A stretch of 32,000 nucleotides of DNA from Nostoc punctiforme PCC 73102 (GTDB lineage Bacteria; Cyanobacteriota; Cyanobacteriia; Cyanobacteriales; Nostocaceae), in contig NC_010628.1 in NCBI RefSeq assembly GCF_000020025.1, forward strand, positions 4,410,001-4,442,000. The letters run 5' to 3'. Position numbers and translations under genes: made by a program. This document shows, one piece after another, positions 1 through 7,941 of this stretch. The notes under the pieces were generated by a model. The model was given only the letters and a program-made list of their open reading frames with translations. It ran no database searches and was not told the DNA's origin. How positions within the stretch are numbered: the first letter of the stretch is position 1; each line of letters begins with the position of its first letter.

Positions 1-135
1 TGGCAAAGTCCGCTCAGAACAGTGTTTTCGTTTTAAATTAGGAAATAGGTAGTAGATTAAACTATCACCAAATTACCATTCCTAAATTGCCACCGGAGAT
101 ACACGCGGATATACGCTGAAATGTTTGGATAATTA

Positions 136-233
136 GGGACTGGGGACTAGGCACTAGGAATTAGTGACTAGGTAAAAGTTTTTCCAATCCCCAATATCCA
201 GTCCCCAATGCCCAATCCCTAAACTCCCTAAAC
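136..233. repeat. STRR-type heptamer arrays in inverted orientation, directly upstream of clpB
   Basis: 7-nt periodicity read directly. Left arm: GGGACTG GGGACTA GGCACTA GGAATTA GTGACTA (136-170). Right arm: CCAATCC CCAATAT CCAGTCC CCAATGC CCAATCC (184-218 and onward). The arms are roughly complementary. Confidence 0.6.
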
Positions 234-261
234 TAAAAATCAAAATTCCAAAATTATAAAG

Positions 262-2901
262 ATGCAACCTACAGATCCGAATAAATTTACTGATAAAGCC
301 TGGGAAGCAATTGTTAAATCTCAGGATATAGTCCGTGCTTATCAACAACAGCAACTAGATGTTGAACATTTAATTATTGCCCTGTTAGAAGAACCCACTA
401 GTCTAGCAATACGTATCCTGGCTCGATCTGAGGTCGATCCAATCCGCTTTCAACAGCAGCTAGAAGCCTTTATCCAACGTCAGCCCAAAGTTGGTAAAAG
501 CGATCAGCTTTATCTTAGCCGTAGTTTAGATGTTTTACTAGATAAAGCTGAGGAAGCTAGAGTCAGGATGAAAGACTCCTACATTTCCGTAGAACATATA
601 CTTTTGGCTTTTGCTGAAGACGATCGCATTGGACGAAAGATCCTCAAAAGCTTTAGTGCGGACGCAGCTAAACTAGAAGCTACTATCAAAGCCGTTCGCG
701 GTAGCCAAAAAGTAACAGATCAAAGCCCAGAATCGCGCTATGAAGCTTTACAAAAATTTGGCAGAGATTTGACAGAACAGGCAAAAGCTGGAAAACTCGA
801 CCCGGTAATTGGGCGAGATGACGAAATTCGGCGGGTAATTCAAGTATTGTCTCGTCGGAGCAAAAATAACCCCGTCTTGATTGGTGAACCTGGGGTAGGT
901 AAAACTGCGATCGCAGAAGCTTTGGCACAACGGATGGTAAACGGTGACGTTCCCGAATCTCTGAAAAACCGCCAACTGATCTCTTTAGACATCGGTAGTT
1001 TAATTGCTGGGGCAAAATTGCGAGGAGAATTTGAAGAACGTTTGAAAGCTGTCCTCAAAGAAGTTATGGACTCTAACGGGCAAATTGTCCTGTTTATCGA
1101 CGAACTACATACCGTAGTCGGTACGGGTTCCAGCCAACAAGGGGCAATGGATGCCGGAAATTTGCTCAAACCAATGCTGGCGCGGGGAGAACTGCGTTGT
1201 ATTGGTGCAACTACCCTCGACGAGTTCCGCAAACACATTGAGAAAGACGCTGCCCTAGAACGCCGCTTTCAGCAAGTATTTGTCGATCAGCCAAGTGTGG
1301 AAAATACTATTTCCATTCTGCGGGGGTTGAAAGAACGCTATGAAGTGCATCACAACGTCAAAATTTCTGATTCGGCTTTGGTAGCAGCAGCAACCCTGTC
1401 AGCACGTTATATTAGCGATCGCTTCTTACCAGATAAAGCAATAGATTTGGTGGATGAAGCCGCAGCACAGTTGAAAATGGAGATTACCTCCAAACCAGCA
1501 GAATTGGAAACCATCGATCGCCGCCTCATGCAGTTAGAAATGGAAAAGCTGTCATTAGCTGGCGAAGAAAAGGGTACTCCCCAAACAAAAGAGCGTTTGG
1601 AGCGCATTGAGCAAGAAATCGCCAATTTAACTGAAAAACAGCAAATATTTAATGAGCAATGGCAAGGTGAAAAGCAGATATTGGAGGCGATAAGCGCCTT
1701 AAAGAAAGAAGAAGATGCGCTGCGAGTGCAAATTGAACAGGCGGAACGCGCTTATGACCTAAATAAAGCTGCCCAACTGAAATATGGCAAATTGGAAGGA
1801 GTACAGCACGAGCGCGAAGCTAAAGAAGCCAGCCTTTTAGAAATTCAAAACCAAGGTTCCACGTTGCTGCGAGAACAAGTCACTGAAGCTGATATTGCGG
1901 AAATCGTCGCCAAATGGACAGGAATTCCCGTTAATCGCCTGTTGGAATCGGAACGGCAAAAATTACTGCAACTAGAAAGTCATTTGCATCAACGAGTCAT
2001 TGGGCAAGAAGAGGCTGTAGAAGCGGTAGCAGCAGCCATTCGCCGCGCCCGTGCGGGGATGAAAGACCCCTCCCGTCCCATTGGTTCATTTTTGTTCATG
2101 GGCCCCACAGGTGTGGGCAAAACCGAACTCGCCCGTGCTTTAGCTCAGTTTCTCTTTGATTCTGATGATGCCTTGGTGCGCTTAGATATGTCTGAGTATA
2201 TGGAAAAACACTCAGTTTCTCGGTTAGTGGGAGCGCCTCCAGGATACGTAGGCTATGAAGAAGGCGGTCAACTTTCCGAGGCGGTTCGCCGCCGTCCCTA
2301 CTCAGTGGTGCTGCTGGATGAAGTGGAAAAAGCGCACCCCGATGTGTTCAATATTTTGTTGCAGGTGTTAGATGATGGGAGAATTACTGACTCTCAGGGG
2401 AGAACGGTAGATTTTCGTAACAGCGTTATTGTAATGACCAGTAACATAGGTAGCGAACACATTTTAGATGTGTCTGGTGATTCTCAGTATGAAACGATGC
2501 GGAAGCGGGTAATGGAAGGTTTGCGATCGCATTTCCGCCCAGAATTTCTCAACCGCGTTGATGATATTATTCTCTTCCATACCCTAAATCGCACGGAAAT
2601 GCGGCAAATCATCCGTATTCAACTCAAGCGAGTAGAAAATCTCCTACGAGAGCAAAAAATCTTCTTTGAGATATCCCAAGCAGCCTGCGATCACCTTGTC
2701 GAATCAGGCTATGACCCAGTTTATGGTGCGCGTCCACTCAAACGCGCAATTCAGCGAGAAGTAGAAAACCCCCTCGCCACCAAGTTATTGGAAAATACTT
2801 TTATCTCTGGAGACACGATTCTCATTGACAAAAATGAAAATGGTCTGTCTTTTAGTAAAAAAGTGCTGGTGAAGGTGTCAGTACCACAGATTGCTACATA
2901 G
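262..2901 (+). CDS. clpB: ATP-dependent chaperone ClpB (class I AAA+ disaggregase)
   Basis: 879-aa ORF with an ATG start. Two AAA+ modules carry Walker A GEPGVGKT and GPTGVGKT. A long coiled-coil middle domain lies between them, and there is an N-terminal Clp repeat domain. Confidence 0.97.
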   Translation: MQPTDPNKFTDKAWEAIVKSQDIVRAYQQQQLDVEHLIIALLEEPTSLAIRILARSEVDPIRFQQQLEAFIQRQPKVGKSDQLYLSRSLDVLLDKAEEARVRMKDSYISVEHILLAFAEDDRIGRKILKSFSADAAKLEATIKAVRGSQKVTDQSPESRYEALQKFGRDLTEQAKAGKLDPVIGRDDEIRRVIQVLSRRSKNNPVLIGEPGVGKTAIAEALAQRMVNGDVPESLKNRQLISLDIGSLIAGAKLRGEFEERLKAVLKEVMDSNGQIVLFIDELHTVVGTGSSQQGAMDAGNLLKPMLARGELRCIGATTLDEFRKHIEKDAALERRFQQVFVDQPSVENTISILRGLKERYEVHHNVKISDSALVAAATLSARYISDRFLPDKAIDLVDEAAAQLKMEITSKPAELETIDRRLMQLEMEKLSLAGEEKGTPQTKERLERIEQEIANLTEKQQIFNEQWQGEKQILEAISALKKEEDALRVQIEQAERAYDLNKAAQLKYGKLEGVQHEREAKEASLLEIQNQGSTLLREQVTEADIAEIVAKWTGIPVNRLLESERQKLLQLESHLHQRVIGQEEAVEAVAAAIRRARAGMKDPSRPIGSFLFMGPTGVGKTELARALAQFLFDSDDALVRLDMSEYMEKHSVSRLVGAPPGYVGYEEGGQLSEAVRRRPYSVVLLDEVEKAHPDVFNILLQVLDDGRITDSQGRTVDFRNSVIVMTSNIGSEHILDVSGDSQYETMRKRVMEGLRSHFRPEFLNRVDDIILFHTLNRTEMRQIIRIQLKRVENLLREQKIFFEISQAACDHLVESGYDPVYGARPLKRAIQREVENPLATKLLENTFISGDTILIDKNENGLSFSKKVLVKVSVPQIAT

Positions 2902-2910
2902 TCACAGAAG

Positions 2911-2960
2911 GCGATCGCTACATGAGTTTATATTTAGTAATCTATGTGCGATCGCTTTTA
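2911..2960 (+). terminator. HIP1-containing hairpin plus T-run after clpB
   Basis: GCGATCGCTACAT (2911-2923) pairs with ATGTGCGATCGC (2944-2955), followed by TTTTA. The loop is about 20 nt, so it is only moderately terminator-like. Confidence 0.4.
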
Positions 2961-2969
2961 GTTTAAGCT
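2947..2969. repeat. Left copy of a 23-nt direct repeat bracketing the TA cassette
   Basis: TGCGATCGCTTTTAGTTTAAGCT here versus GGCGATCACTTTTAGTTTCAGCT at 3548-3570. That is 20 of 23 identical, at an offset of 601 nt. Confidence 0.6.
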
Positions 2970-2971
2970 GC

Positions 2972-3301
2972 TTAAAACTGAGGCTTAACATACAAATCCC
3001 ATAATTCTTTTAAGCGCTTTGCATCTGATTCAGAAACTTGCCCGATCTTAGCTAGCAACAAAGATTGTTCTAGACAATCCAATCGAGATAGACGCACAGT
3101 TGAAGCAACACGCAAACCACTTGCAACCCAATCATTCAAAGATACATCAGTTTGTGTACGGGGTTTAGCAGATGTGACTACTGCGGCTACTAGATCATTT
3201 CCATCTAACCACAACACAAGTATTGGACGTTTTTTAGAACCTTCACCGCTAGTAAATGGAATATCTGCTACCCAAAATTCACCGGCTTGGATAGTCGTCA
3301 T
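2972..3301 (-). CDS. Type II toxin, MazF/PemK family endoribonuclease
   Basis: 109 aa. The N-terminus GEFWVADIPFTSGEGSKKRPILVL matches the PemK/MazF signature (G-x-I/F-W-x-x-D, then K-x-RP-x-hydrophobic run). It overlaps the upstream small ORF by 23 nt. Confidence 0.85.
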   Translation of the reverse strand: MTTIQAGEFWVADIPFTSGEGSKKRPILVLWLDGNDLVAAVVTSAKPRTQTDVSLNDWVASGLRVASTVRLSRLDCLEQSLLLAKIGQVSESDAKRLKELWDLYVKPQF

Positions 3302-3500
3302 AAAGTCCTTCGTCTTGTGGTGCGTAGCCGTTCAAAAAAGCATTATGGCTGCGGGTGCTTTCGGTTTCTTTTGCTTTTTGTTGGATGGTAATTACCCAGT
3401 GCCCTGTAGTTATATTTTCCAGTATTGATTCTGGGAGATTCAATTTTTCCCCTGGTTTTAGTTCAATTTCATAAGTTAGAGTAGTCAATTCATTTTGCAT
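3279..3500 (-). CDS. Cognate antitoxin (probably AbrB/MazE-like)
   Basis: 73-aa ORF immediately upstream of the toxin and overlapping it. The acidic C-terminal tail (APQDEGLYDDY) is typical of cyanobacterial antitoxins. The fold assignment is not verified. Confidence 0.6.
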   Translation of the reverse strand: MQNELTTLTYEIELKPGEKLNLPESILENITTGHWVITIQQKAKETESTRSHNAFLNGYAPQDEGLYDDYPSR

Positions 3501-3547
3501 AACTGCTAGTTACAATTTTCATAATATTTAGTGTAATTCAATTTAGG

Positions 3548-3570
3548 GGCGATCACTTTTAGTTTCAGCT
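3548..3570. repeat. Right copy of the 23-nt direct repeat bracketing the TA cassette
   Basis: See 2947-2969. Confidence 0.6.
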
Positions 3571-3660
3571 AGTTTTTCAGTGGAAGTAAGAAAGCGATCG
3601 CTATATTTAAAATTAGCTAAAATCATCTGAACAATAAACTCTAATATCAAGGTCGTTTCA

Positions 3661-5268
3661 TCAGCCCCTAAATTCAATTATTCTCAAGAAACTTATCGCA
3701 ATTTGAACTAATTTTTGAAATCCCAATTTTTGCAACAAACTAGTGATAATTTGTTTATTTTGAATATTAAATATATTTTTCACAAAATCTGGATTGATTT
3801 CAATAGCCTTGTTAATACTTTTATTTCCTTCTTTCCAGCGACCTAATTTAATTAATGCAGCCCCCTTATAATACCAAGCATAGTGGTAATCAGGTTTAAT
3901 TTTTAGTGCTTGGTCGTAAGATGCGATCGCCTCTTCATTGCGTCCTAAATTAGATAGTGCATGGCCCCGATTGTACCAAGCTTGGTGATAATCTGGTTTA
4001 ATTTTCAGTGCTTCGTTAAAAGCGGTAAGTGCTTCTTCATCACATCCTAATTGCCCTAGTGCAAAGCCTTTACCATGCCAGGCTTCGTGTTTATCAGGTT
4101 GAATTGTTACTGTTCTAACGTAGGATGCGAGCGCTTCTTCGTACCGTTCTAATTTTCCAAGTGTATTACCTTGATTGTGCCAAGCCTCCTGATAGTCTGG
4201 TTTAATTTGTACCGCCTCATTATAGGATGCAAGCGCTTCTTCATAGCGTTCTAAATCCCATAGCGTAATTCCCCGATTGTACCAAGCTTGGGGATCATCT
4301 GGTTTAATTTGTACCGCCTCATTATAAGATGCGAGCGCTTCTTCATAGCGTCTTAGATTCCACAATTCAATTCCCTTGTTATTCAAAACTATGTAATCAT
4401 CAGGTTGAAATTTCAGTGCTTGCTCAAAGGAGGCAAGTGCTTCTTCATAACGTCCTAAATTGCGTAATGCCTTACCCTGATTATTCCAAGCCTGGTAGTA
4501 ATCAGGTTGAAATTTCAGTGCTTGGTTGTAAGATGTTATCGCTGCTTCGTATTCCTTAGCAGCGTCTAGTAAATTCCCCTGTTCAACTAGTAAACCTGCC
4601 TTCCGACTCTCTGGCTGATCTTTTTCTGTCAACAAGTCTTGAATTTCTATAACTTTCTCAATTTTTTGTTCAGAGCTGAGTTTCAAATATTCCTCATAGT
4701 CTCCTTCCAACAGCAGGCGAGTTGATTCTTGTTCTACCACCTCTGGCGCTGTAGGTAATTCAAATACTCCAGAACGCCAATCAAAAAAATCTGGGGCGCG
4801 ATGAATAAAATAGTTTATCGAAAAAGAACGTAAAAGAAAAACAAAGCTAATTGGAAAGTCATCTCTAAAGCGTTCTCGCTGTTGGTTTAAGTGATTTAAA
4901 ATATGCGGAACACTGATTAAATTGCTAAATTGTCCTTCTGTAATTTCCCCAAAACTTCTTTTTTCATACTTATATAAAGAATATTCCAGACCTTTAATCA
5001 ATAAAATATCAACTTGCTTGTCTTTAACAGACTCTGCGACTGGCTGATATAAATTATCAATTGCCTCAACAAAGCGCAAAACTGCAATCTTCTTCTGCGG
5101 AATCTCCTGCGGAAGTTTGATAATTAAATTGTCTGCTTCTACAGGTGTACATTGGACGAAAAACAAACCAAATCCTGATTTTCGCCTCAGTGCGCGAAGC
5201 AAGTCTTGATAAGCTTCTTCTGGTTCTGGGGGTAAATCATCATCCCAATCGCTTAAATTTGGGTTCAT
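3661..5268 (-). CDS. TPR-repeat protein with an unassigned ~230-aa N-terminal domain
   Basis: 535 aa. The C-terminal ~300 aa are tandem 34-aa TPR units with the recurring motif YEEALASY..A...KPD...AW.N.G. Two neighbouring units are near-identical at DNA level (4197 vs 4299, 102-nt offset). The ATG overlaps the upstream stop (ATGA at 5265-5268). Confidence 0.85.
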   Translation of the reverse strand: MNPNLSDWDDDLPPEPEEAYQDLLRALRRKSGFGLFFVQCTPVEADNLIIKLPQEIPQKKIAVLRFVEAIDNLYQPVAESVKDKQVDILLIKGLEYSLYKYEKRSFGEITEGQFSNLISVPHILNHLNQQRERFRDDFPISFVFLLRSFSINYFIHRAPDFFDWRSGVFELPTAPEVVEQESTRLLLEGDYEEYLKLSSEQKIEKVIEIQDLLTEKDQPESRKAGLLVEQGNLLDAAKEYEAAITSYNQALKFQPDYYQAWNNQGKALRNLGRYEEALASFEQALKFQPDDYIVLNNKGIELWNLRRYEEALASYNEAVQIKPDDPQAWYNRGITLWDLERYEEALASYNEAVQIKPDYQEAWHNQGNTLGKLERYEEALASYVRTVTIQPDKHEAWHGKGFALGQLGCDEEALTAFNEALKIKPDYHQAWYNRGHALSNLGRNEEAIASYDQALKIKPDYHYAWYYKGAALIKLGRWKEGNKSINKAIEINPDFVKNIFNIQNKQIITSLLQKLGFQKLVQIAISFLRIIEFRG

Positions 5269-6590
5269 GAAAGTTTCGCTACGGCTTCTTTAAATTCTGG
5301 AATTCCTTGAATCAATGGATGAATATCATACCAACGCTGCATTTCTCCATCATCATCCAAATAACGGTATTCTAAAAGACAGCGATTATACATTAAACTC
5401 CGATACAAGTCATCATTAATAATGCGCTTAGAACAAGAGACTTCCGCTAACAGACACCATTGATGATTTTCCACAGCGCGGCGATAAGTATCTCTAGCTT
5501 GAGTAATTGCTCGTCGCACCGCCTTTTCTGAAACAGGTAAGTCTTCAGAACGTCCAATGGCATCTTGAGTTAACAATAGCAAATTCCTCACATGACCTCC
5601 ACTCATCAAACAAAGTCTGTCTAAGGTTTGGGGACTGTCAAAAATTTCCGTTTCTAGTGATAGTTCTGGTGCAATTTGCCGGACTCGTTTCTTAATTACT
5701 TCCTTAACTTTTTCGAGTCCTGGCTGATAAACGTTTCCCTCGAAAGTTTTTACCATAATCATCGGCAAAATTTGGGGATCGCCGTAAATATCTCTAAGGT
5801 CTGTTGCCCTGGTAGAATAGACCATTGAAATGGGGACAGTATAAATCAAATGGCAATCTAAAGCTTGGAGTTGTTCGCTACGGTCTAAAAAGACTTCTTC
5901 ATAGTTGGTGCGTTCTGCGTCTTTAACTAACACCATCCGGTCTAAGTTATCGACAATTACCGCCAGTTTCTTGTAGCCATTAGGTAAGTGCTGTTTTGCA
6001 TCCACCAGGAATTCATTTAAAACCTGAATTAAAGTGACAGTGTAAGGATCAATTTTTTGGCGAATCTTCTGGCGTAATTCAGGAACAGCCCTTAAATTTG
6101 CGGTCAACTTGGCGAATTGAGTTAGCTGGGCTTCTACTCCCAGACTTTCAAATTCTATGGGAGTCTGCGCCAAATCTTTCAAATCTTCCCAACGACCTTT
6201 CAACCAGTCGAGTATAGGACGAGGACTAGCAATTCCTTTTAAATCTTTGAGCAAACGGCGGGTACAGGCGAGGAGTATATCTGTATATTGGGCATCTTCA
6301 GAATCGATATCCTCTTCATCAGCCGCAAAATACACAACATAAAATTCCCGGTTTTCTAAATATTTCTTTAACCTGAGTAATTCTGTAGACTTCCCCGCAC
6401 CCCGATGACCGGAATACAATTGACAAGTATTTGTATCTGCTAATCGCATCCGATTTCCCAACTCTTGTTCAATATCCGCATCTCCGCGCACATCCTGACA
6501 ATCTACATATTTTGGATCGCCTGCGGGTAAGGGTTCAAAGGGGTTAAAAGCATTGTAGAGTTTTGCGAGTAAGCCAGAACTATTAACCAT
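5265..6590 (-). CDS. P-loop NTPase (STAND/ORC-Cdc6-like ATPase)
   Basis: Walker A is GHRGAGKST and the Walker B-like motif is KLAVIVDNLD. The C-terminal half is helical. The ORF-track start at 6608 is TTG, and the first ATG is at 6590 (MVNSSG...). Confidence 0.8.
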   Translation of the reverse strand: MVNSSGLLAKLYNAFNPFEPLPAGDPKYVDCQDVRGDADIEQELGNRMRLADTNTCQLYSGHRGAGKSTELLRLKKYLENREFYVVYFAADEEDIDSEDAQYTDILLACTRRLLKDLKGIASPRPILDWLKGRWEDLKDLAQTPIEFESLGVEAQLTQFAKLTANLRAVPELRQKIRQKIDPYTVTLIQVLNEFLVDAKQHLPNGYKKLAVIVDNLDRMVLVKDAERTNYEEVFLDRSEQLQALDCHLIYTVPISMVYSTRATDLRDIYGDPQILPMIMVKTFEGNVYQPGLEKVKEVIKKRVRQIAPELSLETEIFDSPQTLDRLCLMSGGHVRNLLLLTQDAIGRSEDLPVSEKAVRRAITQARDTYRRAVENHQWCLLAEVSCSKRIINDDLYRSLMYNRCLLEYRYLDDDGEMQRWYDIHPLIQGIPEFKEAVAKLS

Positions 6591-6764
6591 AGGTAAAAAA
6601 TATAGCAATGTTGTTCATAATAAGGGAGATTATAGAAAGTTGAGTGTCTGGCAAAAGAAGAAATTACAGGACTTACGCATTTAAAATTTGAAGCTCTGAA
6701 ATAGTTTACTCACCTGGGTTTTCGCGTCAGTTTTACCCCACCCTAACCCTCCCCGTATGTATTG

Positions 6765-6889
6765 GCTACGGTGTACACACAAGTTTGCCAAGGGGGAGAA
6801 CCGGATATTTCCCCCCTTGCCAAGGGGGGATTAAGGGGGGTAAATCCAGGGTTTGGGCTTTATTGCCAAGATAGTGTGTACACCGTAGC
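6765..6889. mobile_element. MITE-like element with perfect 16-bp terminal inverted repeats
   Basis: GCTACGGTGTACACAC (6765-6780) and GTGTGTACACCGTAGC (6874-6889). It contains an internal duplicated TTGCCAAGGGGG. It is nested inside a second imperfect inverted-repeat pair, AGGACTTACGCATTTAAAAT (about 6668) and ATTTTATGCGTAAATCCT (about 6906). Confidence 0.55.
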
Positions 6890-7064
6890 TAAAAAAGGGG
6901 GGTATATTTTATGCGTAAATCCTAAATCATTAAAAAGTAAAATATATCACTAATATGTTCAATTCATCGGCTCAGTGTGCTGTTATTTTCACTAGTTTTA
7001 CGGGAATCCTGTAGTTGTATACCCACCAAATTAGTCAGTCCATCAGGTTAGGTAAGCATTGTTT

Positions 7065-7703
7065 ATGCAACTCATAACTTCGTTAGATATTAGAAATTCA
7101 GAATATTTGTCTAAAGATCGGCTTATTAGTTATCACCATCAATTGCGTCTAATTTTTTCGCTGGGTAATCAAGTAAAAAACGTTCTGGAAATTGGGATTT
7201 TTAATTCTCTGTTAACAGACATCTTGAAGAACAATGGATACAACGTCACTACTGCTGATGTCGATCCCAACCTCAAGCCAGAAATGATTTTGGATTTAAC
7301 TACAGATTTTTCGTTGCCAAAAGATAAATTTGATGCCATTGTCCTGTTTCAAGTGCTGGAACACTTTCCTTATGAACAGTCAGAAGAAGCGCTGAAAAAA
7401 CTGGCGGAAGCAACAAAGAAATTTTTGGTAATTTCTATTCCTTATTGCACTCAATACTTGTCCTTTCAGATCAAAAGCTCTTTCTCAGGTAGACCAAGGT
7501 ATTTATTACTCAGTGTGCCAAAATTCTGGAGTACAAAGCCAGTATGTGACGAGCATTACTGGGAAATGGGTTTGAAAGGATATCCCAAAAAGCGGATTTT
7601 AAACTCTGTTGCCAACGCTGGGCTAACTGTCAAGCAAGAATTTATCGATCCTAGTTACCCGTATCACTATTTTTTGGTGTTAGAAAAAACCAACAATATT
7701 TAG
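7065..7703 (+). CDS. Class I SAM-dependent methyltransferase
   Basis: Motif I-like VLEIGIFNS..., then an acidic post-I residue (TTADVD), then DAIVLFQVLEHF (Methyltransf_11/23-like). The ORF-track start at 7059 is TTG and the first ATG is at 7065. No DPPY/NPPY motif is present, so it is probably not a DNA methyltransferase. Confidence 0.7.
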   Translation: MQLITSLDIRNSEYLSKDRLISYHHQLRLIFSLGNQVKNVLEIGIFNSLLTDILKNNGYNVTTADVDPNLKPEMILDLTTDFSLPKDKFDAIVLFQVLEHFPYEQSEEALKKLAEATKKFLVISIPYCTQYLSFQIKSSFSGRPRYLLLSVPKFWSTKPVCDEHYWEMGLKGYPKKRILNSVANAGLTVKQEFIDPSYPYHYFLVLEKTNNI

Positions 7704-7721
7704 ACGGCAGTCTGTGAGGAG

Positions 7722-7741
7722 AGACGCGATTAATCGCGTCT
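7722..7741. repeat. Perfect 20-bp palindrome AGACGCGATTAATCGCGTCT (dispersed hairpin, terminator-like position)
   Basis: The sequence is self-complementary and lies 19 nt after the methyltransferase stop. A second copy with one mismatch is at 30858-30877. Confidence 0.55.
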
Positions 7742-7941
7742 GTACTAGGAAGTAGGGAAATCCGAATCAGAAATGGGGGCAAACAATGCTCAAAAAAAGT
7801 GCGATCGCCTAAGCTATGCTTTTAAAATCCTAATTGGTATCATGTCCTTCTGTATTCTCCGGGTTTATCCTGGAAAGCAGAGGGTTAGGTTGTATTAGCC
7901 ACTATCATCATTTCAGATACTAACATCGGAAATTACCAATT

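Noticed and set aside
154-354. 66-aa minus-strand ORF upstream of and overlapping the clpB start.
   Set aside because: It is a translation of STRR heptamers (GIGHWGLDIGDW) and overlaps the clpB start.
686-1625. Four antisense ORFs inside clpB (686..1015, 748..975, 840..1238, 1407..1625).
   Set aside because: They are shadow ORFs opposite a strongly supported CDS, and their composition is not protein-like.
6762-6953. 63-aa ORF in the ATPase-methyltransferase intergenic region.
   Set aside because: It lies entirely within the MITE-like inverted repeats (GGEPDISPLAKGGLRGV is a repeat translation).
7065-7703. Methyltransferase as the modification half of a restriction-modification or defence system with the ATPase/TPR pair.
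   Set aside because: It has no DNA-methyltransferase catalytic motif (DPPY/NPPY/PCQ), is divergently transcribed and is separated by 470 nt of repeat DNA.
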